Assembly (NCBI GenBank): GCA_963823655.1
Contig: CAWGMK010000010.1
Coordinates: forward strand, 425,755-457,754
Length of the DNA stretch: 32,000 nucleotides
Source: an uncultured Bacillota bacterium
GTDB lineage: Bacteria > Bacillota > DTU025 > MWDF01
Direction of reading: 5' to 3'
The notes under the pieces were generated by a model that was given only the letters and a program-made list of their open reading frames with translations, searched no databases and was not told the DNA's origin. Of this stretch, positions 1 through 9,782 are shown piece after piece (the first letter of the stretch is position 1; each line of letters starts with the position of its first letter). The position numbers and the translations under genes were made by a program.

Positions 1-2
1 AG

Positions 3-1430
3 GCCAACACGACTTACTACTACAGGGCTGTGGCCATGGACATCGCCGGCAATACGACGGCGTCCCAGGTCATGAGCTTCCAGACGAGCGCGCCTGTGCC
101 GACGGATACGACGGCGCCGGCAGGTACGATCGTGATAAACGACGGCACCAACTACACAAGGTCCAGGTACGTCTACTTGAACCTCTCGGCGAATGACAAC
201 ATCACACAGCAGGCCCAGTTGCAGTTTAGAATCGGCGAGGGAGCCAACAGCGTCAACATCAGCTGGGGCAGCTGGCAGCAGTACACATCAAGGGCATCTT
301 ATGCGATGACTGCAGGTGACGGCCAGAAGAACATATGGATCACCTACAGGGATGCGGCCGGCAACATCTCTCAGCCTGCCGTAGACTCGATAGTCCTCGA
401 TACTAGAGCGCCTTCCATAACGAACCTGACGGCGGGCAACATTAGCCAGAGCTCGGCGGTGGTGAGCTTCAATACCAGCGAGCCGGCCTATGCAAGCGTC
501 GAATACGGCACGTCCTCATTCTCCCTGAGCCTGGTATCCGGAGAGGGCGACGTGAGGTCCGCATCGATAAGCTCAGTTGAGCCCAGCTCGGTCATAATCA
601 CGCCGAACCCGCCGGCAACAAGGCCCGGGATGACGAGCTTCAGCGTGAACCTCACAGGGCTCAATGCGAATACTACTTACTACTACAGGGCCGTTGCGAT
701 GGATATCGCGGGCAACACCACGGCATCCCAGGTAATGAACTTCAGGACGGGTGCACCCGTGCCTACCGACAGTACGGCGCCAACGGGTTCGATAAGCATC
801 AACGACGGTACAAGGTACACAAGGTCCAGGTACGTCTACTTGAACCTGCTCGCACAGGACAACATGACGCAGCAGGCTGCGCTTCAGTACAGGGTGGGCG
901 AGGGGACCAACAGCTCCAACATCGGATGGGGCAGCTGGCAGCAGTTCTCGGCCAAAGTCGCGTTCACAATGTCCGCGACCAACGGCCAGAAGAACGTGTG
1001 GGTAAGCTACATGGATGCTGCCGGTAACACTTCCCAGCCTTACGTGGCGTCGATAATCCTGGACACCATAGCCCCTTCGATAAGCAACCTGACGGCAAGC
1101 GCCATAACGCAGTCATCGGCGACGATCAGCTGGAACACGAACGAACCCACGCTCGGCAGCGTAGAGTTCGGGAGCAGCCCGTCATCGCTCAATTCGGTAT
1201 CGGGAGATGCAAGCGTAAGGTCCGCTGCTGTAAGCTCAGTACAGCCCAGCACAGTGATAATTACGCCTCAGACAATCTCCTCGAAGACGGGCAATACGTC
1301 TTTCAGCCTCAATATCACAGGGCTTACGGCGAATACTACGTACTACTACAAGGCCGTTGCAATGGACCTTGCAGGAAACGCCACGGCATCGCAGACGGCA
1401 AGCTTCAGGACCTCGTCGATATCGGCGCCC
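3..1430 (+). repeat. In-frame tandem repeat with a 663-nt (221-aa) period: copy 1 at 3-665, copy 2 at 666-1328, partial copy 3 from 1329
   Basis: The homologous starts 'gccaacacgacttactactac' (3), 'gcgaatactacttactactac' (666) and 'gcgaatactacgtactactac' (1329) are spaced exactly 663 nt; the encoded protein repeats align across the unit. Confidence 0.8.
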
Positions 1431-1967
1431 CCTGTTGTGACCCCGCCTGTCATCACGCCTCCAGTCGTAGTACCGCCCATAGTGCAGCCGCCTGTGGTAA
1501 CGCCTCCCGTAGTAGTGCCGGGTTCGCCTACGGCTCTGATTAACCTCGCGGGCAAGTCGCAAGGGGCGAAGGCGGACTCCAACGCATGGAACAGCGGCAA
1601 TGTAGCGAGCATGGCGAACGACGAGAGCGCATCCTCCTTCTGGGAATCCGGCTCGACCCCTGATGATTCAGGTTCCGAGAGGCTAATCATTAATTTCGGC
1701 AAGTCCGTCACATTGAATACGGTAATACTGAAAGTCTCAGCCGCTGGCTATCCGAAGGCCTTCCGCCTGATGGCAGTCCTGAACAACAAGTGGACCCAGG
1801 TGGCCGAATTCAAGGACGGCAAGGTCAAGGGCAACACCAACGCACTCGAATTGCTCACGTTGAGCTTCAATGCGATAACGACCACATCCATAAGAATTGA
1901 GTTCCTCGATGTGGTGAAGAAGGGCGATCTGGTAAGGATATACGAAATAGAAGCATATAAGAAGTAA
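3..1967 (+). CDS. Large exported/surface protein, 5'-truncated at the window edge; tandem fibronectin-III-like/bacterial Ig-like modules and a C-terminal discoidin (F5/8 type C)-like domain
   Basis: The frame is open from base 3 (ANTTYYYRAVAMDIAGNTT...), so the track's start at 30 is not a true start. It contains repeated 'TAPxGxIxINDGTxYTRSRYVYLNL', 'APSIxNLTAxxIxQSSAxxSxNTxEP' and 'LTGLxANTTYYYxAVAMDxAGN' blocks, a V/P-rich linker 'PPVVTPPVITPPVVVPP', then 'ALINLAGKSQGAKADSNAWNSG...NFGKSVTLNTVILKV...SIRIEFLDVVKKGDLVRIYEIEAYKK', typical of discoidin-like folds. Confidence 0.8.
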   Translation, partial: ANTTYYYRAVAMDIAGNTTASQVMSFQTSAPVPTDTTAPAGTIVINDGTNYTRSRYVYLNLSANDNITQQAQLQFRIGEGANSVNISWGSWQQYTSRASYAMTAGDGQKNIWITYRDAAGNISQPAVDSIVLDTRAPSITNLTAGNISQSSAVVSFNTSEPAYASVEYGTSSFSLSLVSGEGDVRSASISSVEPSSVIITPNPPATRPGMTSFSVNLTGLNANTTYYYRAVAMDIAGNTTASQVMNFRTGAPVPTDSTAPTGSISINDGTRYTRSRYVYLNLLAQDNMTQQAALQYRVGEGTNSSNIGWGSWQQFSAKVAFTMSATNGQKNVWVSYMDAAGNTSQPYVASIILDTIAPSISNLTASAITQSSATISWNTNEPTLGSVEFGSSPSSLNSVSGDASVRSAAVSSVQPSTVIITPQTISSKTGNTSFSLNITGLTANTTYYYKAVAMDLAGNATASQTASFRTSSISAPPVVTPPVITPPVVVPPIVQPPVVTPPVVVPGSPTALINLAGKSQGAKADSNAWNSGNVASMANDESASSFWESGSTPDDSGSERLIINFGKSVTLNTVILKVSAAGYPKAFRLMAVLNNKWTQVAEFKDGKVKGNTNALELLTLSFNAITTTSIRIEFLDVVKKGDLVRIYEIEAYKK

Positions 1968-1985
1968 CTGTATAGACTATGAATG

Positions 1986-2017
1986 GCGCCGCGGGGCGGG
2001 AAGCCGTCCCGCGGCGC
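1986..2017 (+). terminator. GC-rich hairpin, possible terminator of the upstream surface-protein gene
   Basis: Perfect 10-bp inverted repeat gcgccgcggg (1986-1995) / cccgcggcgc (2008-2017); followed by only a weak T-rich stretch (gttccttt). Confidence 0.5.
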
Positions 2018-2037
2018 GTTCCTTTGGAGGGTTTACA

Positions 2038-3209
2038 TTGGGAGTCATAAAACTTCAAAATGGCAGGGACAAAAGGGTCAGGGCGGGGCATCTCTGGATA
2101 TTCGACGGTGAGATCGAATTCTATAAAGGACGCCCTTCCGGGAGACATCGCCGAAGTTGTCGGCAGCCACGGAACATTCCTGGGCAAGGCGATGATCAGC
2201 GGATCATCGAGCCTGAAAGCGCGCATGATGACGAAGCTCAACGTCGATGTCGACGACGCTTTCTATATGAGGGCGCTAAAAAGCTGCATCGCGCACAGGA
2301 AGGCCGTGGCAGGGGGCGCATCCTGCTACAGGGCGGTCAACAGCGAAGGGGACATGCTTCCCGGCCTTATAGTGGACGTATATGAGGACGTATTCGTGCT
2401 TCAGGCGACGACTCTGGGAATGGACATGAGGAAGGCCAAGCTTTCGAGGATGCTTTCGGAGCTTTTGGGGCTAAAGAAGGCCTATGAGCGCAGCGACATG
2501 CCGATTTGCAGGTACGAGGGCCTTGAGCCGGTCGCAGGTTTCATATCCGAGCCTTTCGACACGAAAGTCAGGATGCACGAAAACGGCATCATGATGGACA
2601 TTGATGTGGCGACCGGGCAGAAGACGGGCTATTATCTCGACCAGAGGGAGAACAGGCTCGCCGCCTCCCAGTACACAAACGGCGGGGATGTGCTCGACGC
2701 CTTCTGCTACAACGGAAGCTTCGGCCTTTTAGCGGGGCTTAAAGGGCGCAAGAAGCGTACACTTCCTGGACATGAGCGAGCCGGCCGTCGAACAGGCCAA
2801 GGCCAATGCCGCCTTAAACGGGCTTGAGGGGATAAGCAGCTTCAAGGCCGCGAATGCCTTCGACGAGCTCAACCACCTCGTCAAGGAGGGCGCCTCATAC
2901 GACCTGGTCATGCTGGATCCGCCTCCTTTCACCAGGAACAAGGAGGCCATCGAAGGGGCGATACGAGGCTACAAGGAGATCAACCTCAGAGGCATGAAGC
3001 TGACAAAGCCAGGAGGCTACCTTGTGACTTCGAGCTGCTCGCAGCACATAGGCATCGAGCTTTTCAAGGAAGTCATCGCCATGGCGGCGGCGGACGCCGG
3101 AAGGTATCTCCAGCTTGTAGAGTCAAGATCGCAGGCGAGGGATCATACGGTACTGCTTTCGATGACGGAGACCGACTATCTGAAGTGCCTGATATTCAGA
3201 GTAATTTAA
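2038..3209 (+). CDS. Class I SAM-dependent rRNA methyltransferase (RlmI/YccW-like, PUA + methyltransferase), split by two apparent +1 frame disruptions
   Basis: Three overlapping ORFs join into one protein: PUA-like start 'MGVIKLQNGRDKRVRAGHLWIFDGEIE' (frame 1), 'ALPGDIAEVVGSHGTFLGKAMISG...YYLDQRENR...DAFCYNGSFGLLAGLK' (frame 2), 'GARSVHFLDMSEPAVEQAKANAALNGLEG...VMLDPPPFTR...SCSQHIG...TEYLKCLIFRVI' (frame 3). Frame changes are near 2119-2122 and 2741-2746. TTG start after ggaggg. Confidence 0.8.
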
Positions 3210-3223
3210 ATGGGAGGCAGCCC

Positions 3224-3253
3224 TTCCATTATCGAGCCGCTATATGTTATAAT
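3224..3253 (+). promoter_or_regulatory. Putative sigma70-type promoter upstream of rpmE
   Basis: TTCCAT (3224-3229), 18-nt spacer, TATAAT (3248-3253); the -10 is perfect, the -35 is weak. Confidence 0.35.
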
Positions 3254-3307
3254 CCTTCTTGCTTTATGTCGAAGAGATAACTCCTTCTCTTTGTGGAGGT
3301 GTACAGA

Positions 3308-3505
3308 ATGAAGGAAAAGATACATCCAAAGTACAAGTTAACCAAGGTTACTTGCGCTTGTGGGGAGACTTTCGAGGTAGGATCAACAGCCGAAAACCTC
3401 AGAGTCGAGATCTGCTCCAAGTGCCACCCGTTCACTACCGGCGTCCAGAGAATAGTAGACACCGGCGGCAGGGTGGAGAAGTTCCGCAAAAAGCATAACC
3501 TTTAG
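3308..3505 (+). CDS. rpmE: 50S ribosomal protein bL31 (zinc-binding form)
   Basis: [65 protein letters not shown]; CxC and CxxC cysteines and CHPF(Y/T)TG motif; ggaggtg RBS. Confidence 0.97.
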   Translation: MKEKIHPKYKLTKVTCACGETFEVGSTAENLRVEICSKCHPFTTGVQRIVDTGGRVEKFRKKHNL

Positions 3506-3555
3506 CAGTCCGGGCGGAGCCGAAGCTCTGCTTCAGCTTTGCCCAGATCGCGAAT

Positions 3556-3600
3556 ATGTCGGAGCCTTGCTATATGCTAAGGCTCCGACATTATTTTATA
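3556..3600 (+). terminator. Rho-independent terminator after rpmE
   Basis: Perfect 13-bp stem atgtcggagcctt (3556-3568) / aaggctccgacat (3579-3591), then ttatttta. Confidence 0.8.
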
Positions 3601-3636
3601 ATGAGTTGGACAAGCTTTATTTGGGGGTTGTTTCTG

Positions 3637-4224
3637 ATGGATATGAGAGGAAACCATCCGGGCGGCTGGATAGAGGTCATCTGCGGCTCCATGTTCTCCG
3701 GCAAGAGCGAGGAGCTCATCAGGCGGGTGAAGCGGGCGCGGATAGCAAAGCAGAAGGTGGTTGTCCTCAAACATTCCATAGACGACAGGTTCTCTTCCAA
3801 GGAAGTCGTCTCCCACGACGGCGACAAGCTTGAAAGCATCCCGGTTGCCAACTCAAAGGACATATTCTCCATAGTCCCGCTCGGGACGCATGTAGTGGCA
3901 ATAGACGAGGCCCAGTTTTTTGACGAGGGCCTGGTGGGAATCTGCGATACATTGGCCGCCAACGGCGTTAGGGTAATAGTGGCGGGCCTTGATACCAACT
4001 TCAGAGGAGATCCATTCGGCCCCATGCCGATGCTTTTGGCGCTTGCGGAGGACGTCAGCAAGCTTAACGCCATCTGCATGAAATGCGGAGCCCCGGCGTC
4101 GAGGACGCAGAGGCTGGTAAACGGCAAGCCCGCCAAATACGACGATCCGGTCGTAATGATCGGGGCCAGCGAGTCCTACGAAGCCAGATGCCGGAGGTGC
4201 CACGAGGTCCCCGGCAGACCATAA
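3637..4224 (+). CDS. tdk: Thymidine kinase (type II)
   Basis: P-loop '[14 protein letters not shown]', '[12 protein letters not shown]', '[18 protein letters not shown]', zinc cysteines 'CMKCG...CRRCH'. Start chosen at ATG 3637 with an upstream G-rich RBS, not the ORF-track start at 3556 inside the terminator. Confidence 0.95.
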   Translation: MDMRGNHPGGWIEVICGSMFSGKSEELIRRVKRARIAKQKVVVLKHSIDDRFSSKEVVSHDGDKLESIPVANSKDIFSIVPLGTHVVAIDEAQFFDEGLVGICDTLAANGVRVIVAGLDTNFRGDPFGPMPMLLALAEDVSKLNAICMKCGAPASRTQRLVNGKPAKYDDPVVMIGASESYEARCRRCHEVPGRP

Positions 4225-4243
4225 TCCCATGTGAGGTGTATTT

Positions 4244-5149
4244 ATGAGCGAGAAACACAGCTACGGCGGCCAGGCGGTGCTCGAGGGCGTCATGATGAGA
4301 GGGCGCAAGGGCATAGCGGTGGCCGTAAGGAAGCCTGACGGTCAGATAAGCATGTACAAGAAGCTGATGAAAGAGGACAAGAAGCCGGCGCTGTTCAAGA
4401 TGCCCGTAATCAGGGGAGTTGTGAACTTCGTCGAGACGCTGGTAATCGGCATGGACGCGCTCATGTTCTCAGCGAACGAGGCGACAGGACAGGACGAGAA
4501 GCTTACAAGCTGGGAAGTGGCGCTGACCTTACTAGCGTCTTTCGGACTCTTTGTGGGCCTTTTCATTGTTCTTCCCAATGTCCTCGTGTCCATCATATCG
4601 AGGTATTTCGCAAGCATTTTCGTCATCAACCTTATAGAAGGCGCGCTCAGGCTCGCGATATTCGGCCTCTACCTGTACGGGATATCCTACATGAAGGACA
4701 TAAAGAGGCTCTTCGCATACCATGGGGCGGAGCATAAAGTCATAGCCGCCTATGAAGCTGATGAACCTCTGGACACAGCGCACATCCAGGCCCATACGAC
4801 GATGCATACCAGATGCGGCACCAACTTCCTTCTCATAGTCATGTTCGTTTCGATACTGATTTACTCGGTGCTGGGCAGGCAGACGATACTCGCCCGCATC
4901 GCGACAAGGATAGTATTGCTGCCCGTAATCGCAGGCCTTGCCTATGAGCTGTTCAAGCTGGCCGCCAAAAAGCGCGACAGCGCAATACTAAGGGCCGTCT
5001 CGTACCCCGGCTTGCAGCTGCAGAAGCTTACGACCAAGCAGCCGGACAACGATATGGTGGAAGTGGCGCTTGCGGCGTTCAAAGGAGCACTTGAGATGGA
5101 CGGGGAGCCTGTGCCTGCGATTGAGGCCGGCACGGTTCAGGAAGGATAA
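4244..5149 (+). CDS. yqhQ: DUF1385 / YqhQ family membrane protein
   Basis: N-terminus '[14 protein letters not shown]', '[11 protein letters not shown]', '[10 protein letters not shown]' and several hydrophobic segments; lies directly before prfA as in many Firmicutes. Confidence 0.9.
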   Translation: MSEKHSYGGQAVLEGVMMRGRKGIAVAVRKPDGQISMYKKLMKEDKKPALFKMPVIRGVVNFVETLVIGMDALMFSANEATGQDEKLTSWEVALTLLASFGLFVGLFIVLPNVLVSIISRYFASIFVINLIEGALRLAIFGLYLYGISYMKDIKRLFAYHGAEHKVIAAYEADEPLDTAHIQAHTTMHTRCGTNFLLIVMFVSILIYSVLGRQTILARIATRIVLLPVIAGLAYELFKLAAKKRDSAILRAVSYPGLQLQKLTTKQPDNDMVEVALAAFKGALEMDGEPVPAIEAGTVQEG

Positions 5150-5157
5150 ATTTCCAA

Positions 5158-6225
5158 ATGGTTGAGAAGCTCTTAGACGTCGAGAAGAGATATGAGGAGC
5201 TAGAAAGAAGCCTCTCCTCACCCGATGTCGTATCCGACATGGATCAATTCAGGAAGCTCTCGAAGGCCCATTCGTCCCTGACTCCGATAGTGGAGAACTT
5301 CAGGGAGCTCAGGACGGTCGAGGAGCAGCTTGCAGGCGCAAATGATATGCTCTGGCACGAGGATGACCCCGAGCTTAAGCAGATGGCCTCGGAGGAAGTA
5401 AGCTCCCTGCAAAAAAGGCAGGAGCAGCTCAACGACAAGCTTAAGCTGCTGCTTCTCCCCAAGGACCCACTCGATGAGAAGAACGTAATCCTCGAGATTA
5501 GGGCGGGAACCGGCGGCGAGGAGGCGGCCCTTTTCGGAGGGGACCTGCTTCGCATGTACGGCAGGTACGCCGAGCGCAGAGGATGGGCACTTGAGCCCAT
5601 GAGCATGTCAGAAACGGGCCTGGGAGGCTTTAAAGAGGCCATCGTGATGATCTCGGGCGACCAGGTTTACTCGCGCCTGAAGTTCGAATCAGGGGCCCAC
5701 AGGGTGCAGCGCATCCCTGAGACCGAGGCGCAGGGCAGGATACACACATCCGCCGCCACGGTAGCTGTCATGCCAGAAGCAGAGGAAGTGGACGTTGAGA
5801 TCAACCCGAACGATCTTAGAGTCGACGTCTTCAGAGCAGGCGGGCACGGCGGCCAGGGCGTAAACATGACGGACTCAGCCGTAAGGATTACCCATATGCC
5901 TTCAGGGCTGGTAGTACAGTGCCAGGACGAAAGGTCGCAGCTTAAGAACAAGGAGAAGGCGATGAAGGTGCTTCGCTCAAGGCTGCTGGAAAAGACCATA
6001 GAGGAGCAGCAGTCGAAGTACTCGCAGCAGAGGAAGAGCCTTGTCGGAAGCGGCGACAGGTCCGAGCGCATAAGGACATACAATTTCCCGCAAAACCGCA
6101 TGACGGACCACAGGATAGGCCTTACGCTGCATAAGCTGGATATGATAGTCGACGGCGACCTTGACGAGATAATTGACGCGCTGATACTCAAGGAACAGAG
6201 CGAAAGGCTAAAGAAGGATGAGTAG
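5158..6225 (+). CDS. prfA: Peptide chain release factor 1
   Basis: GGQ motif in '[36 protein letters not shown]', '[18 protein letters not shown]'. Confidence 0.98.
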   Translation: MVEKLLDVEKRYEELERSLSSPDVVSDMDQFRKLSKAHSSLTPIVENFRELRTVEEQLAGANDMLWHEDDPELKQMASEEVSSLQKRQEQLNDKLKLLLLPKDPLDEKNVILEIRAGTGGEEAALFGGDLLRMYGRYAERRGWALEPMSMSETGLGGFKEAIVMISGDQVYSRLKFESGAHRVQRIPETEAQGRIHTSAATVAVMPEAEEVDVEINPNDLRVDVFRAGGHGGQGVNMTDSAVRITHMPSGLVVQCQDERSQLKNKEKAMKVLRSRLLEKTIEEQQSKYSQQRKSLVGSGDRSERIRTYNFPQNRMTDHRIGLTLHKLDMIVDGDLDEIIDALILKEQSERLKKDE

Positions 6226-7090
6226 GCAGGATGGAGGGCACACTGTGCTCGACCTCCTGAACAAATCGGCGGGCTACCTCGCCCAGAAGGGGTCACCCTC
6301 GCCAAGGCTTGATGCAGAGCTCCTGCTTGCCAACGTATTGGGCTGCAGCAGGATATCCTTGTATGTAGGATTCGACAAGCCCCTTGGCGAAGATGAAGTG
6401 AACTCTTACCGGCAGCTTGTAATGCGCAGGGGACGCAGGGAGCCGGTAGCCTATATAATCGGCAAGAAGGAATTCATGGGGCGCGATTTCGCAGTCCAAG
6501 CCGGGGCCCTGGTCCCAAGGCCTGAGACCGAGCTGATGGCGGAGCGCGGCATTGAGGCTATACGCAGCGCAGATGAGCCTCTGGCGGCCGAGCTGTGCTG
6601 CGGAAGCGGGGCGGCTGGCATATGCCTTGCCCTGGCCCGCAAGGAGTGCAGGCTGCTGCTGACCGACATCTCGGACGAATGCCTCTCGGTGGCAAGGGCG
6701 AATGTCGAGGCCCACAAGCTGTCCGACAGGGCAGAAGTATTGAAAAGTGACCTTTTTGAATCGTGGCCGGCCCATTATGCAGGGCAATTTTCGGTGATCA
6801 TCGCAAACCCGCCGTATATACCCTCGGCGGAGATAGACGGCCTGGAGCCCGAAGTGTCGCTGCATGAGCCAAGGCTGGCCCTGGACGGCGGCCCCGACGG
6901 GCTGGACCTTTACAGAAGGATAGCCCGGGAAGCTTCGCATTGGCTCAAGGCACAGGGCGTGCTTGTGCTGGAAGTCGGGCACGATCAGTCTCGCGACGTC
7001 GGTAAGCTCCTGGTTGATGCCGGTTTAAAGGATGTACGCTACCACAAGGACCTTCAGGATTATGAGAGGGTAGTCGAGGCTATCGCTTAA
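6218..7090 (+). CDS. prmC: Release factor glutamine N5-methyltransferase
   Basis: NPPYI motif ('[18 protein letters not shown]'), SAM-binding '[16 protein letters not shown]', 'PRPETELM'; overlaps prfA by 8 nt. Confidence 0.95.
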   Translation: MSRQDGGHTVLDLLNKSAGYLAQKGSPSPRLDAELLLANVLGCSRISLYVGFDKPLGEDEVNSYRQLVMRRGRREPVAYIIGKKEFMGRDFAVQAGALVPRPETELMAERGIEAIRSADEPLAAELCCGSGAAGICLALARKECRLLLTDISDECLSVARANVEAHKLSDRAEVLKSDLFESWPAHYAGQFSVIIANPPYIPSAEIDGLEPEVSLHEPRLALDGGPDGLDLYRRIAREASHWLKAQGVLVLEVGHDQSRDVGKLLVDAGLKDVRYHKDLQDYERVVEAIA

Positions 7091-7102
7091 GGGGGGCTTC
7101 CT

Positions 7103-8200
7103 ATGAACACCGTGTTTGTGAACATGGCGTCGGGCATCAAGGAAGAATACATAGCGAAAGCGGCCGAGATCATAAGATCCGGAGGGCTCGTAGCATTCCC
7201 CACGGAGACAGTGTACGGTCTGGGAGCCAGCGGCTTCGACCCGCAGGCGGTGGCCAAGATCTTCAAGGCGAAGGGCAGGCCGCAGGACAATCCGCTCATC
7301 TTGCACATATCCAAGCTGGACGACCTTTTTGAGCTGGCCAGCGAAGTGCCGCCGGAGGCGATCAAGCTTGCCAACTTGTTCTGGCCGGGCCCGTTGACCA
7401 TGGTGCTCAAGAAGAAGCCGATAGTGCCCGACACCGTAACCGCGGGCCTTCAGACCGTGGCCATACGCATGCCCGCGAACGACATCGCATTGAGGCTCAT
7501 AGAAGCCTCCGGTGTGCCCATCGCCGCCCCCAGCGCCAACGTCTCAGGAAGGCCCAGCCCCACATCGGCGGAGCATGTCATGAGCGACCTGTCAGGAGTA
7601 ATTGACATGGTAATCGACGGGGGGCCGACGAGAATAGGCGTAGAATCCACAGTGCTGGACATAAGCGACGCCACGCCGGTGCTCTTAAGGCCGGGAGGGT
7701 TGGGGCTTGAGGATTTAAAACTTGTCCTTCCCGATATCGAGATGGGAATGGACAATCCGGACGGGCCTGCGAAATCGCCGGGGCTCAGGCACAAGCACTA
7801 TGCGCCCAAAGCGCCCCTGTTTCTTTATAAAGGCCCGGTCGACGAGCAGATAGCCACAATCAGCCAGGAGATGGTCTCGCTCGCTAGAAACGGCAGCAGG
7901 GTGGGCGTTTTGGCGGCGGCTGGCGAACTGGAGGCCATAAGGAAGAGCGCGCGACTTGCCGGCCTTTCGGCAAACGACGCCCCGTGCGGCGAATCGGACA
8001 TCGTGTATGCGGCAACGGGCAGGCGGGATCGGATGTATGAGATCGCCTCATCGCTTTTCGCATGCCTCAGGCAGCTTGATGCCTCGGACGTGTCAATTAT
8101 TCTGGCGACATCATATATTGAAGAAGGGCTCGGTTACGCGGTCATGAACCGGCTGGTGCGCGCAAGCGACGGCAGGGTCCTAATGGTTGAGGAAAGATGA
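7103..8200 (+). CDS. tsaC: L-threonylcarbamoyladenylate synthase (YrdC + Sua5 domains)
   Basis: '[43 protein letters not shown]', '[18 protein letters not shown]', 'STVLDI', '[13 protein letters not shown]' region ([15 protein letters not shown]). Confidence 0.95.
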   Translation: MNTVFVNMASGIKEEYIAKAAEIIRSGGLVAFPTETVYGLGASGFDPQAVAKIFKAKGRPQDNPLILHISKLDDLFELASEVPPEAIKLANLFWPGPLTMVLKKKPIVPDTVTAGLQTVAIRMPANDIALRLIEASGVPIAAPSANVSGRPSPTSAEHVMSDLSGVIDMVIDGGPTRIGVESTVLDISDATPVLLRPGGLGLEDLKLVLPDIEMGMDNPDGPAKSPGLRHKHYAPKAPLFLYKGPVDEQIATISQEMVSLARNGSRVGVLAAAGELEAIRKSARLAGLSANDAPCGESDIVYAATGRRDRMYEIASSLFACLRQLDASDVSIILATSYIEEGLGYAVMNRLVRASDGRVLMVEER

Positions 8201-8216
8201 TTTCGGAGGTGCTCGG

Positions 8217-9302
8217 ATGAATATTTCTATAGGTTGCGACCATGCCGGCATTGAGCTGAAGACGGCGCTTATCGGAAGGATCGCCTCACTGGGGCATACT
8301 GTCCGCGACAGGGGGACTCATGCTACCACTTCGGTGGACTACCCGGATTTCGCTTCCATAGTCTGTGCGGACGTGGCATCGGGCCAGTCTGACAGGGGCG
8401 TGCTCATATGCGGCACGGGCATCGGGATGTCGATGGCCGCCAACAAGATAAAAGGCATAAGGGCGGCGCTCGTATACGATATGGACACCGCGCGCCTGTC
8501 AAGGGCTCATAACGACGCCAATGTGCTCTGCCTGGGCGCCAGGACCCCTAGCGCAGCCATTGCGCCTGAGATACTGGAGCTGTGGCTTGCCACAGCTTTT
8601 GACGACGGCAGGCACAGCCGCAGGGTATGCAAGATAGATGCGCTGGCCATTGCCAGAGAGGGCTGGGAGGGGCTCAATAACGTACATGTGATCAACCACC
8701 CTCTCATACAGCACAAGCTGTCGCTCATAAGGCAGAAGCAGACCGAGCCGCGCCATTTCAGGGACCTGGTTTCGGAGATCGCAAAGCTCATGGCATACGA
8801 AGTCACAAGGGATGTACCGCTTGCGGAAATCGAGATCGAGACGCCGATCTGCTCCGCCAAGGGCAAGGTCATGGCCGGCAAGCACTTCGGCATCGTTGCA
8901 ATATTAAGAGCAGGCCTTGCGATGGCAGAATCAATACTCGAGATAATGCCCGGCGCAAGGATGGGCCATATCGGCCTCTACAGGGATCCCTGCACGCTAA
9001 AGCCCGTGCAGTACTACTCGAAGCTTCCCCAGGACACAGCAGACCGGAGCATGATACTAGTCGACCCCATGCTTGCGACCGGAGGCACGATAATAAAGGG
9101 CATCGACCTGCTCAAGCAGGCAGGCGCCAAGGGTATCAAGGTGGTCAGCATCGTCTCCGCCCCTATCGGGATCAGGAACATCGTCCAGGCCCATCCGGAT
9201 GTGGAGATCTTCGTGGCTTCAGTCGACGAGAAGCTAAACGACCACGGCTACATAGTCCCCGGGCTGGGGGATGCGGGCGACAGGCTTTACGGCACCAAGT
9301 AA
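8217..9302 (+). CDS. Bifunctional fusion: ribose-5-phosphate isomerase B (N-terminal) + uracil phosphoribosyltransferase (C-terminal)
   Basis: RpiB: '[15 protein letters not shown]', '[25 protein letters not shown]', '[15 protein letters not shown]'. UPRT: '[21 protein letters not shown]', '[10 protein letters not shown]', '[13 protein letters not shown]', '[17 protein letters not shown]'. One uninterrupted frame; ATG 8217 preceded by cggaggtg. Confidence 0.93.
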   Translation: MNISIGCDHAGIELKTALIGRIASLGHTVRDRGTHATTSVDYPDFASIVCADVASGQSDRGVLICGTGIGMSMAANKIKGIRAALVYDMDTARLSRAHNDANVLCLGARTPSAAIAPEILELWLATAFDDGRHSRRVCKIDALAIAREGWEGLNNVHVINHPLIQHKLSLIRQKQTEPRHFRDLVSEIAKLMAYEVTRDVPLAEIEIETPICSAKGKVMAGKHFGIVAILRAGLAMAESILEIMPGARMGHIGLYRDPCTLKPVQYYSKLPQDTADRSMILVDPMLATGGTIIKGIDLLKQAGAKGIKVVSIVSAPIGIRNIVQAHPDVEIFVASVDEKLNDHGYIVPGLGDAGDRLYGTK

Positions 9303-9314
9303 GGGGTGGACAGG

Positions 9315-9782
9315 ATGGTCGACAGGCCCAGCTGGGACAGATACTTCATGGATATAGCGGTGATGGTCGCGACTAGGTCCACCTGCATGAGAAGAAGCGT
9401 AGGTGCCATCGCTGTGAACAACAGGCGGATACTCGCCACAGGCTACAATGGCACGCCAAAGGGGCTCAGGCATTGCACCGAAGTGGGCTGCATAAGGCAG
9501 GAGCTGGGCATACCGTCGGGCCAGAGGCACGAGCTTTGCCGCGGCCTGCATGCGGAGCAGAACTGCATAATACAAGCGGCGGTCCACGGAGTGCAGCTGG
9601 ACGGCTCGACCATATACTGTACTTTCCAACCCTGCGCAGTGTGCGCCAAGATGCTCATAAACGCCGGCATATCGGAGGTCGTCTACGAGGGGGGTTACCC
9701 CGACGAGATGGCTGTGTCGATGCTTAATGAGGCGGGGGTAAAGCTAAGAAGGCTAGAGCCGGAAGCGGAGGTTGGCGGCTGA
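9315..9782 (+). CDS. comEB: dCMP deaminase / ComEB-like zinc deaminase
   Basis: '[23 protein letters not shown]', 'GLHAEQN', '[17 protein letters not shown]'. An alternative GTG start at 9306 is possible. Confidence 0.92.
   Translation: MVDRPSWDRYFMDIAVMVATRSTCMRRSVGAIAVNNRRILATGYNGTPKGLRHCTEVGCIRQELGIPSGQRHELCRGLHAEQNCIIQAAVHGVQLDGSTIYCTFQPCAVCAKMLINAGISEVVYEGGYPDEMAVSMLNEAGVKLRRLEPEAEVGG

Noticed and set aside
1236-1562. Arg/Tyr-rich minus-strand ORF (RRRTRHYYGRRYHRR...)
   Set aside because: Produced by reverse translation of the PVV/TPP-rich linker; not a plausible protein.
2110-2750. Firm claim of programmed +1 frameshifting
   Set aside because: The two slip contexts are alike, but there is no stop or rare codon at either site and other indels on the contig lack this motif, so sequencing error is the default explanation.
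3556-3636. Upstream N-terminal extension of thymidine kinase
   Set aside because: It overlaps the rpmE terminator hairpin and precedes the conserved kinase start; ATG 3637 has a better-placed RBS.
6293-6982. 229-aa minus-strand ORF opposite prmC
   Set aside because: prmC motifs are clear on the + strand; the reverse ORF has no recognisable fold or RBS.
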